Positions 27,833 to 37,218 of a stretch of 64,000 nt of DNA are shown here, one piece after another. This DNA is from a phage. Positions within the stretch are counted from its first letter, which is position 1. The number at the start of each line of letters is the position of its first letter. The notes beneath the pieces are model-generated. The model had not been told where the DNA came from. It made no database searches and saw only the letters and a list, made by a program, of their open reading frames with translations. The stretch lies in sequence record PZ386967.1. One strand, given 5' to 3'. The position numbers and the translations under genes were made by a program.

Positions 27833-28612
27833 CTATCGGACGTATTGATAATGACTAATCAGGCGGTTCACCACTTCGAAGATATTGTGGTTCAGGAAGT
27901 CGAAGTGATTCTGGCCTTCTACTGGTTTAATATAAAGCATGTCTTCCGAATTCGAAAGATCCAGTTTTTCATAATTGCCCTGAGGAACAAAGATGACAAA
28001 GATGTTGTTCAGGCCGCACGGCTCGACATACTTCGGATTGTCATCAATCAGGACATCGCCAGCCAGCAGATGCTTTTCGTCGGTACTGACAAACCCGTTG
28101 AAGATACCAGGGAACTTATCATAGACAAACTGACGCTTGCTGCGCTCGTGTTCCGGCTCACACTTGGACACTGCGATGAATTCAACATTGTCGAAATCTT
28201 CAAGCAAGATCTCCTTCAGATTTACCAGGAACTCGTAAGCGCCGGGGAGCGGGTTCATCTTGGCGTACAAGTCAGGGCGACGCCACCAGTCCATAGGATC
28301 GTTACCGCTTGGCACACGTTGTTTGTGCATCCCCAATTGGACTTCATGGTATAGCCACGCCGGATGCGCACGTTCACGCATCAGAATAGCCAGGTCGCCA
28401 GCATGGGACATATAACACTCTTTGGTGATCGGCTGGAACTGGTATGACTTATGTTCCCCCGTAGCGATAGCAGCGGCGGCGATGTTCTCTTCGTTAAACC
28501 ACTGCACCCAAGGGGAGAGGCTGTCGACCAACGTCAGGTCAACATCCACGAGGACGCGATACAGGCCACCGACCTTTGATTTCATATCATAGATACAAAC
28601 CAGGTTGTTCAT
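27833..28612 (-). CDS. HAD-superfamily phosphatase
   Basis: N-terminal DVDLTL matches HAD motif I (DxDxT); ATG with GAGGAA SD. Confidence 0.55.
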   Translation of the reverse strand: MNNLVCIYDMKSKVGGLYRVLVDVDLTLVDSLSPWVQWFNEENIAAAAIATGEHKSYQFQPITKECYMSHAGDLAILMRERAHPAWLYHEVQLGMHKQRVPSGNDPMDWWRRPDLYAKMNPLPGAYEFLVNLKEILLEDFDNVEFIAVSKCEPEHERSKRQFVYDKFPGIFNGFVSTDEKHLLAGDVLIDDNPKYVEPCGLNNIFVIFVPQGNYEKLDLSNSEDMLYIKPVEGQNHFDFLNHNIFEVVNRLISHYQYVR

Positions 28613-28950
28613 TTGTCTTCCTCAACTTTATCGTAGCCTGTAGCAACACACTGTTCTTCGGTACAATCTGCATACAGAACGACGGAGGCCTGCTTCACGT
28701 AGGTGATGCAGTGGTAAGTTTCGTCTTCCTGGATGGAATCGTCATAGTTGCAGACAGTTTGGAGCGGACCCGGAGTAGTGTTGTCCAGTGCTGCATGCGC
28801 CTTGATGGTGTCTTCCATCTTGGACACGGCCTGCTCATTGGTGAACGTCGGCGTGTCAAGGTCTACAGTAGAAGCAACGTCCAGAAGGGTGGAACACGCA
28901 GTGGTAGAGAAAGCCAGAGCACACACCAGAAGAATCTTATTGAGTTTCAT
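28609..28950 (-). CDS. putative secreted protein or lipoprotein
   Basis: Start moved to ATG 28950; signal-peptide-like MKLNKILLVCALAFSTTAC with Cys after the hydrophobic core. Confidence 0.45.
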   Translation of the reverse strand: MKLNKILLVCALAFSTTACSTLLDVASTVDLDTPTFTNEQAVSKMEDTIKAHAALDNTTPGPLQTVCNYDDSIQEDETYHCITYVKQASVVLYADCTEEQCVATGYDKVEEDK

Positions 28951-29012
28951 TTCAATCACCTGTTTGTCAAAGGGTTAACAGGGGGAATTATATCCCCCTT
29001 TGGTTTATTGAA

Positions 29013-32012
29013 TCAACCTTTCTTCTTTTGCATCATGGCAAGAAGGTTCACACGGCGCTTGTGCGACCAGCCGACCACGTCAAGGATGGACTGAATCGGG
29101 TCAATGAAGGACTTCTCAAAGGCCGCCTGATAATCCACCCATTTGCCCAGACCAAGCTCCTCAGGGAAGAACTCAGGATATGCGAAGTAATTCTGGCCGA
29201 ATGGGTTGCCTGGCTTCAACAACACCATCTGTACCTTATCACCCGACTCGATCATCGGTAGACCCAGATCTTCGTTCTTCTCAACCAGACGGTTGTAGCC
29301 CACACACGCCTTGGCAGCAAAATGAGCACCAGAGATGAACGATCCGTCAGCAGCCACACACTTCTCTATGTCGGACACGCCGGAAGCCTTGGCGATATCG
29401 TCTACAGAGAGTTTCATGTACTCCTCTTTGTACTGGGAGATGAGCGCCTGTACTTCCTCTTCAGTGCCGAGTAGGATCTTCTCATAGCACTTGACAAGAC
29501 GCTCACGACACCATTCCGGCGTGGTGGACTTGCGGGCTTCCAGACCTTTGAACTTGATCTTCGGCTTCTCGTACTTGATACCCTCACTGTCGTACACGGC
29601 CATGGCATACATCTTCTTGGCTCGCCAGACAGCGGCTGACGCAATGACCTCACGCTCCCATACCATGCGCTGTTCAAATCCGTTCATGGTGTTACACAGA
29701 AGCTGTGCCCACTCATTGGTCTTCGGCTGGTAGTTGTCTTTGATCCATTGGTCGATATTATCAACCATAGCATGATGGTCAGTAACATCAGGCCACAACT
29801 GCTTGACAAGACGCTCAATGCAGATGTAGTTGGAGTCGGTATCACCTGCGATGACGAAGTCCTGGCCTGTTGTACCACACAGCTTGTTCAGATAGTCATC
29901 AGTGTAACGCTTGTTCCACTTGTTGATCAGCTGACCGGATGTGGTGATGGCTTCGGCAATGTTGAGGTTGAAGTACTCTTTGAACCAGACGTTCGAGATA
30001 GCGCCATAACCTGCGTTCATCAAGATCTTCAGACCTTGCTGTAGGGTGTCTTGAGCAACGCCCAGATCTTCCCACTTCTTCATCACTTCGGTCAGTGCAT
30101 CAAGATCAATGTTCTTGTGCTCTTCATACCACTCTGGGTCATAGTAGCGAGACTTCATGGCAGACTCAAGATGGAAGTCGCCCTTCGACATCTCTTTACA
30201 CCAGCCAGCCCACTGCTCATACTTCAGACCCTTGGCCTTCTCTACTTTACGGTCGCTGTAGATACCACGCATGATTTCAGACAGGAACGACATCTTCTCG
30301 TTGCTGAAGAATTGAACGTTCGGCGTGAACGACACGTTGTAGCGGCGCAGGGTTTCAAAGTGGAACTCACCCAGGGCAACCAACTCATCAACAACCTGCA
30401 GGCGTTCGTCAACCGCACGCAACAGCTTGTCGTGAAGGGCTTTCATCAACCGACGTTTGTGCATCGGCGTTGCCATGTTATTCATCTGAGCAGCCAGCTC
30501 TTCACACATAGCCTCAATAATCTCGCGGCGCTGGTGTTTGTCGCCAACGATAGTCTCTGGACCGAGGTTGTACTGCTGAATGATGTGAGGATACAGGGAA
30601 TTCAAATCTTCCGAGAAGACCCAGAAGTAGATTCCTGGTGTCACATCCATGACGTATGCACCCTCAAAGTCGGTCGGACCATCGTATACACGCTGGATCT
30701 TAGGCACTATCCCCTTCTCGTACAGGCGATAGTAGCACATGGCCAGCCACGGAGCCACAGTTCCCAGACCGTCTTCATAGTTGGACTTGGTGCGGTAGGC
30801 CAGGACGAACATCAGCTGGAGCAGGCGCAGCTTCTGTTCAAGTCGCCATACCAGCTTAACGTCTTTGATACCATATCGGGTGTGTTTGCAGTAGTCGTTG
30901 AAGTACAGATCAAAGAGCGACTTGCTCTCACTGTAGTCCATCTTCTTCTCACCCAGCTCACAATACGCAATCCAGTCAAGAGAGTAGCGTTCACGGGTGG
31001 TGTACGTGTGTTTCTTGTAGATCTGCATATAATCGAGCATAGGACAGCCCACGAACTGATACGTCGTGATATCGCCCTTCTTATCGCGAATGATACGCTT
31101 CTTAATGATACCCCAAGGACTGAGGCGCGACGTTTCAGCCTCACCCAGAACCTGATTCATGCGCTCAACAAGATACGGGCTATCGAACGTTTCAATGTTC
31201 CAGCCTGTCCAGCCGTCGAACTGACGCTCCGACCAGAAGTCAAGGAAAGATCGCAGCAGATCTTGTTCGGTGGTGAACTCCTGATAAACAACCTCAAGGC
31301 CGCCGATCTCTTTGTCTTCGGTGTCGTATGCGAATTTGTTACGATCTTTGGCACAGGGCATACCCCAGACCATGAACTTATTGGTCGCCATATCCTGAAG
31401 CTGGATCAGGGTAATGGGGAACGCCGCATTCATGTCTTGGGTGATCTTGCCGTTGCTGTCAATGATAGGGAACTGATCAGTGACGTTGTTGCTGATGAAA
31501 GAACCAGGGAAGTGCTCACGGACAAAGTCATGGTTGGCCAGCACTTGTTTATGGAAGCGGCGAATGCGCGCCTCATTCCCTTTGAACGTCTGCTGCTCAA
31601 TAGTTGGGTGAGGGAATGGACCTTTGGTCATCTTTCCGTCTTTCCACCCGGCGGAGAATACTTCGATATCGAGGTTAGCAATATGGATGTTGGAGTAATC
31701 CGGCTCAATCTTTCCAGGAAAGCTATGGGCGATGAACTGGTATGCATAATCGGTCTGCCCATAAATGGCAGCACCCTGGACTTCCTTGTACTCTTCAAGA
31801 TAGTTGTCAGCGTCACGCATGGAAGGGAACTGCTTGGCTACCAGGGGTTCATTGAGAAGGCCGACCTTTTCAACATTTGAATAGTCAGCCGTGGGTAAAT
31901 AGAGAGTGGGTTCGAATTTCTTTTTCAACAGACGGCGATTACCCATGTCATCTGCAATTCGAATCAACAGGTCATTGCCCCTGCGGGCAACGTTCGTATA
32001 GAAAACGGTCAT
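29013..32012 (-). CDS. 43: family-B DNA polymerase (T4 gp43-like)
   Basis: N-terminus matches recalled T4 gp43 (YLPT..., QKFPSM[KR]DA); YGDTDS-type polymerase motif AGDTDS; 999 aa; ATG with GGAG SD. Confidence 0.9.
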   Translation of the reverse strand: MTVFYTNVARRGNDLLIRIADDMGNRRLLKKKFEPTLYLPTADYSNVEKVGLLNEPLVAKQFPSMRDADNYLEEYKEVQGAAIYGQTDYAYQFIAHSFPGKIEPDYSNIHIANLDIEVFSAGWKDGKMTKGPFPHPTIEQQTFKGNEARIRRFHKQVLANHDFVREHFPGSFISNNVTDQFPIIDSNGKITQDMNAAFPITLIQLQDMATNKFMVWGMPCAKDRNKFAYDTEDKEIGGLEVVYQEFTTEQDLLRSFLDFWSERQFDGWTGWNIETFDSPYLVERMNQVLGEAETSRLSPWGIIKKRIIRDKKGDITTYQFVGCPMLDYMQIYKKHTYTTRERYSLDWIAYCELGEKKMDYSESKSLFDLYFNDYCKHTRYGIKDVKLVWRLEQKLRLLQLMFVLAYRTKSNYEDGLGTVAPWLAMCYYRLYEKGIVPKIQRVYDGPTDFEGAYVMDVTPGIYFWVFSEDLNSLYPHIIQQYNLGPETIVGDKHQRREIIEAMCEELAAQMNNMATPMHKRRLMKALHDKLLRAVDERLQVVDELVALGEFHFETLRRYNVSFTPNVQFFSNEKMSFLSEIMRGIYSDRKVEKAKGLKYEQWAGWCKEMSKGDFHLESAMKSRYYDPEWYEEHKNIDLDALTEVMKKWEDLGVAQDTLQQGLKILMNAGYGAISNVWFKEYFNLNIAEAITTSGQLINKWNKRYTDDYLNKLCGTTGQDFVIAGDTDSNYICIERLVKQLWPDVTDHHAMVDNIDQWIKDNYQPKTNEWAQLLCNTMNGFEQRMVWEREVIASAAVWRAKKMYAMAVYDSEGIKYEKPKIKFKGLEARKSTTPEWCRERLVKCYEKILLGTEEEVQALISQYKEEYMKLSVDDIAKASGVSDIEKCVAADGSFISGAHFAAKACVGYNRLVEKNEDLGLPMIESGDKVQMVLLKPGNPFGQNYFAYPEFFPEELGLGKWVDYQAAFEKSFIDPIQSILDVVGWSHKRRVNLLAMMQKKKG

Positions 32013-32091
32013 GTAATTCTCCAGGTTATCCGTGCCGTTAGCACGTGGGCATATTTAACCATAGAGCCATTCATTGACCAAGGAGTTTATT

Positions 32092-32664
32092 ATGGCAATC
32101 CCCCTCGTTGGTATGATCCCAGGGGCGCTCAAGCAACTCTGGAACCTCGGGACTGATTTGATCCAATATAAGCGGGAAGTTGTACAGGCCAAACACGACG
32201 TCAAGCTGGAGGCCATCAAGTCCTCCTCAGATTGGGAGCTGTCTAAGATTACCGAAGTCGGCGGGTCTTGGAAAGACGAATTCTGGACTATCGTGTTGGC
32301 CATACCCGCCATCCTCGTCATGACTGCTCCGGTTGTGGAACTGATTCTGTTCCCTGGTGAGTATCATAAAGGGGATTTCATCAAAGCAGTAATCGGTGGC
32401 CTTCAGGCACTAGATACCGCACCTGAATGGTATACCTATTCGTTATTGACAGCAATTAGTGCATCATTCGGTATCAAAGGCTACAACCACTACAAAAGCA
32501 ACAGGCGAAAAGCCCAAGCTATGGATGCTCTCAAGCAATTTGGGGTTCGGGTCGTACAGAAAGATCCCACTGTTGTTACTCAGTCGGGTGCTCCCGATCT
32601 TGAGTCTGCTCCCCCAGCTGGGTCTACTGCGACCTCTGGTGCGTGGCCTGATCTGAAGAAATAA
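32092..32664 (+). CDS. membrane protein
   Basis: ATG with strong AGGAG SD (ORF-track start at 32074 is not ATG); two or three hydrophobic helices. Confidence 0.5.
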   Translation: MAIPLVGMIPGALKQLWNLGTDLIQYKREVVQAKHDVKLEAIKSSSDWELSKITEVGGSWKDEFWTIVLAIPAILVMTAPVVELILFPGEYHKGDFIKAVIGGLQALDTAPEWYTYSLLTAISASFGIKGYNHYKSNRRKAQAMDALKQFGVRVVQKDPTVVTQSGAPDLESAPPAGSTATSGAWPDLKK

Positions 32665-32668
32665 GTTC

Positions 32669-32696
32669 AAGGGGAGGAAACTCCCCTTTCTTTTGG
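32669..32696 (+). terminator. rho-independent terminator
   Basis: Hairpin AAGGGGAG-GAAA-CTCCCCTT followed by a T-run. Confidence 0.55.
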
Positions 32697-32706
32697 TGTT
32701 TAGGGA

Positions 32707-32919
32707 ATGAATGTGGTAAACAAGAGATTGCTCGTCACCCAAGGCGGGGCGACGATAGTGCGCGGAAGGATCTATGAACAAACACAGCTGGGTGATCACA
32801 AGACACGCCTGACTATTAAGGCTCCCGATGGTGGTTGGCCAACAAAGGTGATTGTCCCAGACGGTCTCATAGAACGAGGGTCGGCGGTGTATAAAGGAGC
32901 AGAGTTCAAAATTTATTAA
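32707..32919 (+). CDS. small hypothetical protein
   Basis: About 70-aa ORF; start at ATG 32707 or GTG 32713. Confidence 0.35.
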   Translation: MNVVNKRLLVTQGGATIVRGRIYEQTQLGDHKTRLTIKAPDGGWPTKVIVPDGLIERGSAVYKGAEFKIY

Positions 32920-33015
32920 AATATTTATTGAATAAAGTTTACTTCTTCAATAACTGGCGTATACTTCTAATTGTAGTACGAACAAACAACAATCTGAAGA
33001 GAAGGAAATACATCA

Positions 33016-33572
33016 TGGCAATCGAAATTATCGCTCAATCCAAATCTGGTAAAACTGTAATGTACGGCACTGAAGAAGGCCGCGCAATCACCACTCTGGG
33101 CACAATTGACGGTTCCAACCCAGTGAAAGGCGGTCGCTACCTGGTTGAATACGGTTCACACCTGCTGATGGTAAGCAAAGTCGATGGTCGTGAAATCATG
33201 ATTCCCCGCAAAGAGTACTTCGACTCGCGCATTGAAGCCATGAACTTCTTCCTTTTCCAGGAACGTCACGAACTGTTCGTTGAAGCGAAAGACGCAGGCC
33301 TGGACGATGCGACTGCCGAACTGATCGCTGAAGGTAAAATGACTCTTGAGGCTGCTCTGGGTGACATGGATTGCGATGCTGAAGCCCATTACATCGAATA
33401 TTCCGCTTATCAGAATGAATGCGAAGACGATCCTGAAGATGACGGCTTCGACCCTGACCTTCACGGTGGCGAGGATGACAACACTCCTTCCCTGGAAGTG
33501 ATCATGGCAGGCGGTCAGGCCGCTTGGGAGTGGCAGAACGAAAAGAACGCCTGGCTGGATTCCCACCTTTAA
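33016..33572 (+). CDS. hypothetical acidic protein
   Basis: Start moved to ATG 33016 with GAAGGA SD; acidic C-terminal half. Confidence 0.45.
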
Positions 33573-33584
33573 TGTGAAGAAATA

Positions 33585-33612
33585 AAGAAAGGGGCTTAAC
33601 GCCCCTTTTCTT
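33585..33612. terminator. bidirectional terminator between convergent genes
   Basis: Hairpin AAAGGGGC-TTAA-CGCCCCTTT flanked by an A-run and a T-run. Confidence 0.55.
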
Positions 33613-34069
33613 ATTCTTCCCAGAAGTCTTCGTCGTCCCCGACAGCAGCCAGTTCCGTGTCCAGTTCTTCATCGGTAAACGGTGGCAGCACCCCGTTCTG
33701 AATCAGATAATCCATCTCATCATCTTCCAGCTGCAGGTCGGTGGCAATATACAGCGCTCCGCTGCCCTCTTCGTCCGTCTCGATACTGTACGAAGTGTAT
33801 GGCACCCCATTCACTGTAATGATGATAGACGTTGGATCCTTGGGATCTACGTGCGCCTCGAACGGCACACCATCAATCGGTGCATCTTCTAGGAAGGTAG
33901 CAAGTGCTACGGCGGCGCGGACAACATCAGTGCCTTCAACGCCCGCATAGATCTCTTCCGCGCCTGTCTCTTCACGATCAAACAGCTCAATCGTGATACC
34001 GTCTTGAACACCAGTCCATACAGGGATGTCATTGGTGTATTCTGATTCAAACAATTTGGAGGTTGGCAT
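33611..34069 (-). CDS. acidic hypothetical protein, late-expressed
   Basis: 152-aa very acidic ORF; late-promoter-like motif about 30 nt upstream; GAGGAA SD. Confidence 0.5.
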   Translation of the reverse strand: MPTSKLFESEYTNDIPVWTGVQDGITIELFDREETGAEEIYAGVEGTDVVRAAVALATFLEDAPIDGVPFEAHVDPKDPTSIIITVNGVPYTSYSIETDEEGSGALYIATDLQLEDDEMDYLIQNGVLPPFTDEELDTELAAVGDDEDFWEE

Positions 34070-34097
34070 GTTGGGTTCCTCAGTGGGTTAGCCATAT

Positions 34098-34109
34098 GGG
34101 GTATTTAGG
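34098..34109 (-). promoter_or_regulatory. late-promoter-like motif CCTAAATACCCC
   Basis: Same CTAAATACCCC as upstream of the tailspike genes, here on the minus strand ahead of the 33611..34069 gene. Confidence 0.4.
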
Positions 34110-34213
34110 CTTCCCGCTTGGCGAGGTCTGGTTTGTACAGGACGCCTCTCGGAAATATTGGAGGAAGGTTTTCATAGATACCCCACACGGATTGTATGGG
34201 GTATTCAGGAGGG

Positions 34214-35428
34214 TCAGGAAGGGGTGAATTCGTTTACAGGAACTGTTTCAGGGATAGCCAGCTCAGGGCATGCTGCCTTCATCGGCTCGATGTATGGCTT
34301 GCTACCCACAATCCAGAACAGAGTGTTCTCATTGAGCAACTCGGGCTTGTGTTGCTGAACCCAGGTCATGACCTTGCCTTCATAGCGAGGATGCAACTCA
34401 ATATCACCCCACTGATATTCCATCAGGTCATTATAACGAACCCAATTAGTGGTATGAAGATCCCAATGGTGTACCTCAAAGCGAGGAAGCACGACCTCTG
34501 GCTCTTCCTTCTGCCTGATACCACTTAGGAGGCCAGCCAGCGAAACGCTCTTAGAGGCATGCTGAAGCTCCTTCTTGCCGTGTACATAGTCTGGGTTGTC
34601 GTGATAGCGACGGGTAAAGTCGACAATGTGCGGTAGATTGGCATGTTTGCCGATGATGCGCAGACGACTCTCGATAAAGTCCAGGCGGTTCGGACCGATG
34701 CCAATCAGATACACACGCTTCAGATTAGGCTTCGGATGCATTGCCAGCCCGGTCAGGATGCTTGTGCAAGAGTTGCACGATCCGGCTGGGATGATCAGGT
34801 CAGTAATGTGATCAGGAATGTTGGCAACCTGCTCGCCACCCAACATATGGAACCCAGCAATGCGCTCAGGGGAGTGGGCTGTATGGTCGAGGGTGATACC
34901 ATACTCCAGATAATACGCCTTTGGATTCTGTTGTTCGATCAACTTCTTACAGCGCGGCTGGATGGTGCTGTTGTAACCCGAGCCGACGAAGTTGAACTCA
35001 CTACCAAACCAGGCTGACATTGCCACCATTTCATGGTTCATACAGGTGGTGGGTTTGGTCGCGCCGAGCACAGTAGTTGTCTTGCCGCCGAAGTGCCGAG
35101 AGACTGCCGTCGCCATAGGGGACTGCGGACTACCAACGACAGTACCATGGATGATGTCAGGGGAGCCTCCGGTCATGAGGTGCTCAACCATCAACCAGAT
35201 GGCCTGGCGGAGTTTGCTGCCGTTGATGCCCTGCTGGCCATTTGCATAATTGGACAGCGGCGCAAAATAATCTTCACGCTTGAACCAGACCTGCTGGTTG
35301 GTTTCGGGGTTGACGACAAGTTCGCACGGGGTGTGCTTGTAGAGATAATCTTCCCAATGGACCAGGTTGCGGTCGAGGGAAAGGATATCGAAGATGGTCT
35401 TGTTCATTCTATTTTCTCCTGTAGACAT
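34214..35428 (-). CDS. PLP-dependent enzyme, fold type II (ACC deaminase / D-cysteine desulfhydrase-like)
   Basis: WFKREDY...GINGSKLRQA...HGTVVGSPQSP...FGGKTTTVLG matches the KREDL / GGNKxRK / G-rich PLP-loop pattern of that family. Confidence 0.55.
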   Translation of the reverse strand: MSTGENRMNKTIFDILSLDRNLVHWEDYLYKHTPCELVVNPETNQQVWFKREDYFAPLSNYANGQQGINGSKLRQAIWLMVEHLMTGGSPDIIHGTVVGSPQSPMATAVSRHFGGKTTTVLGATKPTTCMNHEMVAMSAWFGSEFNFVGSGYNSTIQPRCKKLIEQQNPKAYYLEYGITLDHTAHSPERIAGFHMLGGEQVANIPDHITDLIIPAGSCNSCTSILTGLAMHPKPNLKRVYLIGIGPNRLDFIESRLRIIGKHANLPHIVDFTRRYHDNPDYVHGKKELQHASKSVSLAGLLSGIRQKEEPEVVLPRFEVHHWDLHTTNWVRYNDLMEYQWGDIELHPRYEGKVMTWVQQHKPELLNENTLFWIVGSKPYIEPMKAACPELAIPETVPVNEFTPS

Positions 35429-35477
35429 TGGCTTATCATAGTGTATCTACAGGAGTATAGAAAAGGAGAATCTCGGA

Positions 35478-36122
35478 TTACTTCTTGAACAGACGAAGGA
35501 ACTTCATCATGTTATCCATGAAAGTTGGCTTCTTGGCCTTTTGTTTTACTGGAGCACCCTGATCATTCAGAACACGACTGGCCGGAGGAGTTGGATTCAA
35601 AGATTTAATTGCCTGATTCAAATCGGAATTATCCACGACACCCACTTCTTCACCGACCGTAACGCATGGTTTGATTAGAACGGATTTCTTAGACTGCTCA
35701 TACTGATGAGCGATATCCAGATATTTCTTGCGCTCTGCGTAGAAATCAACAGACTTGACCTTGCGACGACGCCAATTGGCGCTTTCTTCGCCATAGAAAT
35801 CATATCCGTTTCTGATCAGCCAGTGTACGGCTTGTTCAAAAGAACCGAAGACCATAAGTGGAGCACCCTGGCCTTTCTCAGATTGTTCCAGGCTACCATA
35901 ACCCATCAATACAACCTGGCCTTTGATACTCAAATCAAACGTCATACCAAGGTTCGGGATGTTTTTATCGCGGCGGAAGAACCCGCCATCACGGTAGACG
36001 TAAACAGGCGACAGGAACTCATTCAGAGTACGCTTGACACCCTTGTATCGGAAGAGTCTGACAATTGGAGGGGTGTCACGGGAAATCACTTCGTTCAATT
36101 CCCAGATAGAAACATTACGCAT
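35478..36122 (-). CDS. hypothetical protein
   Basis: 214-aa ORF, ATG start, basic C-terminus. Confidence 0.45.
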   Translation of the reverse strand: MRNVSIWELNEVISRDTPPIVRLFRYKGVKRTLNEFLSPVYVYRDGGFFRRDKNIPNLGMTFDLSIKGQVVLMGYGSLEQSEKGQGAPLMVFGSFEQAVHWLIRNGYDFYGEESANWRRRKVKSVDFYAERKKYLDIAHQYEQSKKSVLIKPCVTVGEEVGVVDNSDLNQAIKSLNPTPPASRVLNDQGAPVKQKAKKPTFMDNMMKFLRLFKK

Positions 36123-36245
36123 CGGTGTATCCTCAAATCTATGACAGGGGGTTAACGGTTAAATTTTAAACCCCCTTTGTATCATTGAACAAACTATGAT
36201 AAAGGAGGACATGCTTGGGTCGATAAGAAGATAATAAGACAGGGA

Positions 36246-36274
36246 TAAAAAGAAAGCCGGATAGGATATCCGGC
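36246..36274 (-). terminator. rho-independent terminator closing the tRNA cluster
   Basis: Hairpin GCCGGATA-GGA-TATCCGGC followed by a U-run on the minus strand. Confidence 0.5.
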
Positions 36275-36492
36275 TATACCACATCGATGGGTTGGGTTGA
36301 AAGACTACACGCTTACACTGGTACTACCCTATGGGAGAGCGCGTCAGGAGTCGAACCTGAAGTCGTCGACGTAGAGAAAGCTATTTGCATTTCACTATCC
36401 TCGCCGCGATTTTCTTAACTTCCTAAACACCCCGATTACGAGAGAGTCGACATGCACATCTTCTAACTCTTCAGGAAGTCACGCCCGTAATT

Positions 36493-36581
36493 TGGCGGAA
36501 GGTGAAGGATTCGAACCTTCGGGGGCTAAAAGCCCCACTCGATTAGCAGTCGAGTCCCTTAAACCTCTCGGGCAACCTTCC
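36493..36581 (-). tRNA. tRNA-Ser (anticodon GCU)
   Basis: Hand-folded cloverleaf: acceptor GGAAGGT/ACCTTCC, anticodon loop CTGCTAA, long variable arm, T-loop GGTTCGAATCC, encoded CCA. Confidence 0.8.
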
Positions 36582-36801
36582 AATTTGGACGGGCTTCACA
36601 CCCGATTGAGCATTTGATCTGCTGTAGCCCAACTCCCCGCGCTTCTCAGCGCCGATTGGTTAACTGGCGACCAGTGCCTTCTGGTTCGATCTCCTGGAAC
36701 TTTACAGGCTTTGCGCCCGACCATTTCTGGAAGTTGGGGCATCGTTTCCGATGTGGAGTCACCCCATTTTATACACAGCTGGCTGCAACGCTTACTGTGT
36801 T

Positions 36802-36886
36802 TGGTGTGAGTGGATGGATTCGAACCACCGCGCTGTTACGGGGAGATTTACAGTCTCCTGCATTCGACCGCTCTGCCACACTCACA
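36802..36886 (-). tRNA. tRNA-Tyr (anticodon GUA)
   Basis: Acceptor GTGAGTG/CACTCAC, anticodon stem GGAGA/TCTCC with loop CTGTAAA, long variable arm, T-loop TTCGAAT, encoded CCA. Confidence 0.75.
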
Positions 36887-37142
36887 TTTGGTCTGCCGCT
36901 GCGTGCTGGGCCACGCTCGAGGACATCGGCCATCCTTCCTCAGCTAATCCACGCAGCGGTAGATTTGTATCAGAGTGTCCGGTGTAGCAACCCGTGAGGT
37001 GCGCACTACTGTAGCCTCTACACTCTGAATTTGGTGGGCGTTACTATCGTCGTCTTCGGATTCCGTTCGGCTATTGGACAGAGGCTTGGAGCTTGTCGGT
37101 CGCGTACTTTATGCCTATTCACTTTCGTTCACACCCATTGTC

Positions 37143-37218
37143 TGGCGACGATGGCAGGACTTGAACCTGCGACATACGGTTTAACAGACCGCCGTTCTAC
37201 CGACTGAACTACATCGTC
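37143..37218 (-). tRNA. tRNA-Asn (anticodon GUU)
   Basis: Acceptor GACGATG/CATCGTC, anticodon loop CTGTTAA, T-arm CAGG-TTCAAGT-CCTG, encoded CCA. Confidence 0.8.

Noticed and set aside
29013-32012. Intein or intron inside the DNA polymerase gene (999 aa is longer than T4 gp43)
   Set aside because: The ORF is continuous, the extra length is modest and spread out, and no intein splice-junction motifs or Hint blocks were seen.
36590-36800. An additional tRNA between tRNA-Ser and tRNA-Tyr (TTCGAT-containing segment near 36679-36696)
   Set aside because: No T-stem, acceptor stem or anticodon arm can be paired around the motif on either strand; called spacer with hairpins.
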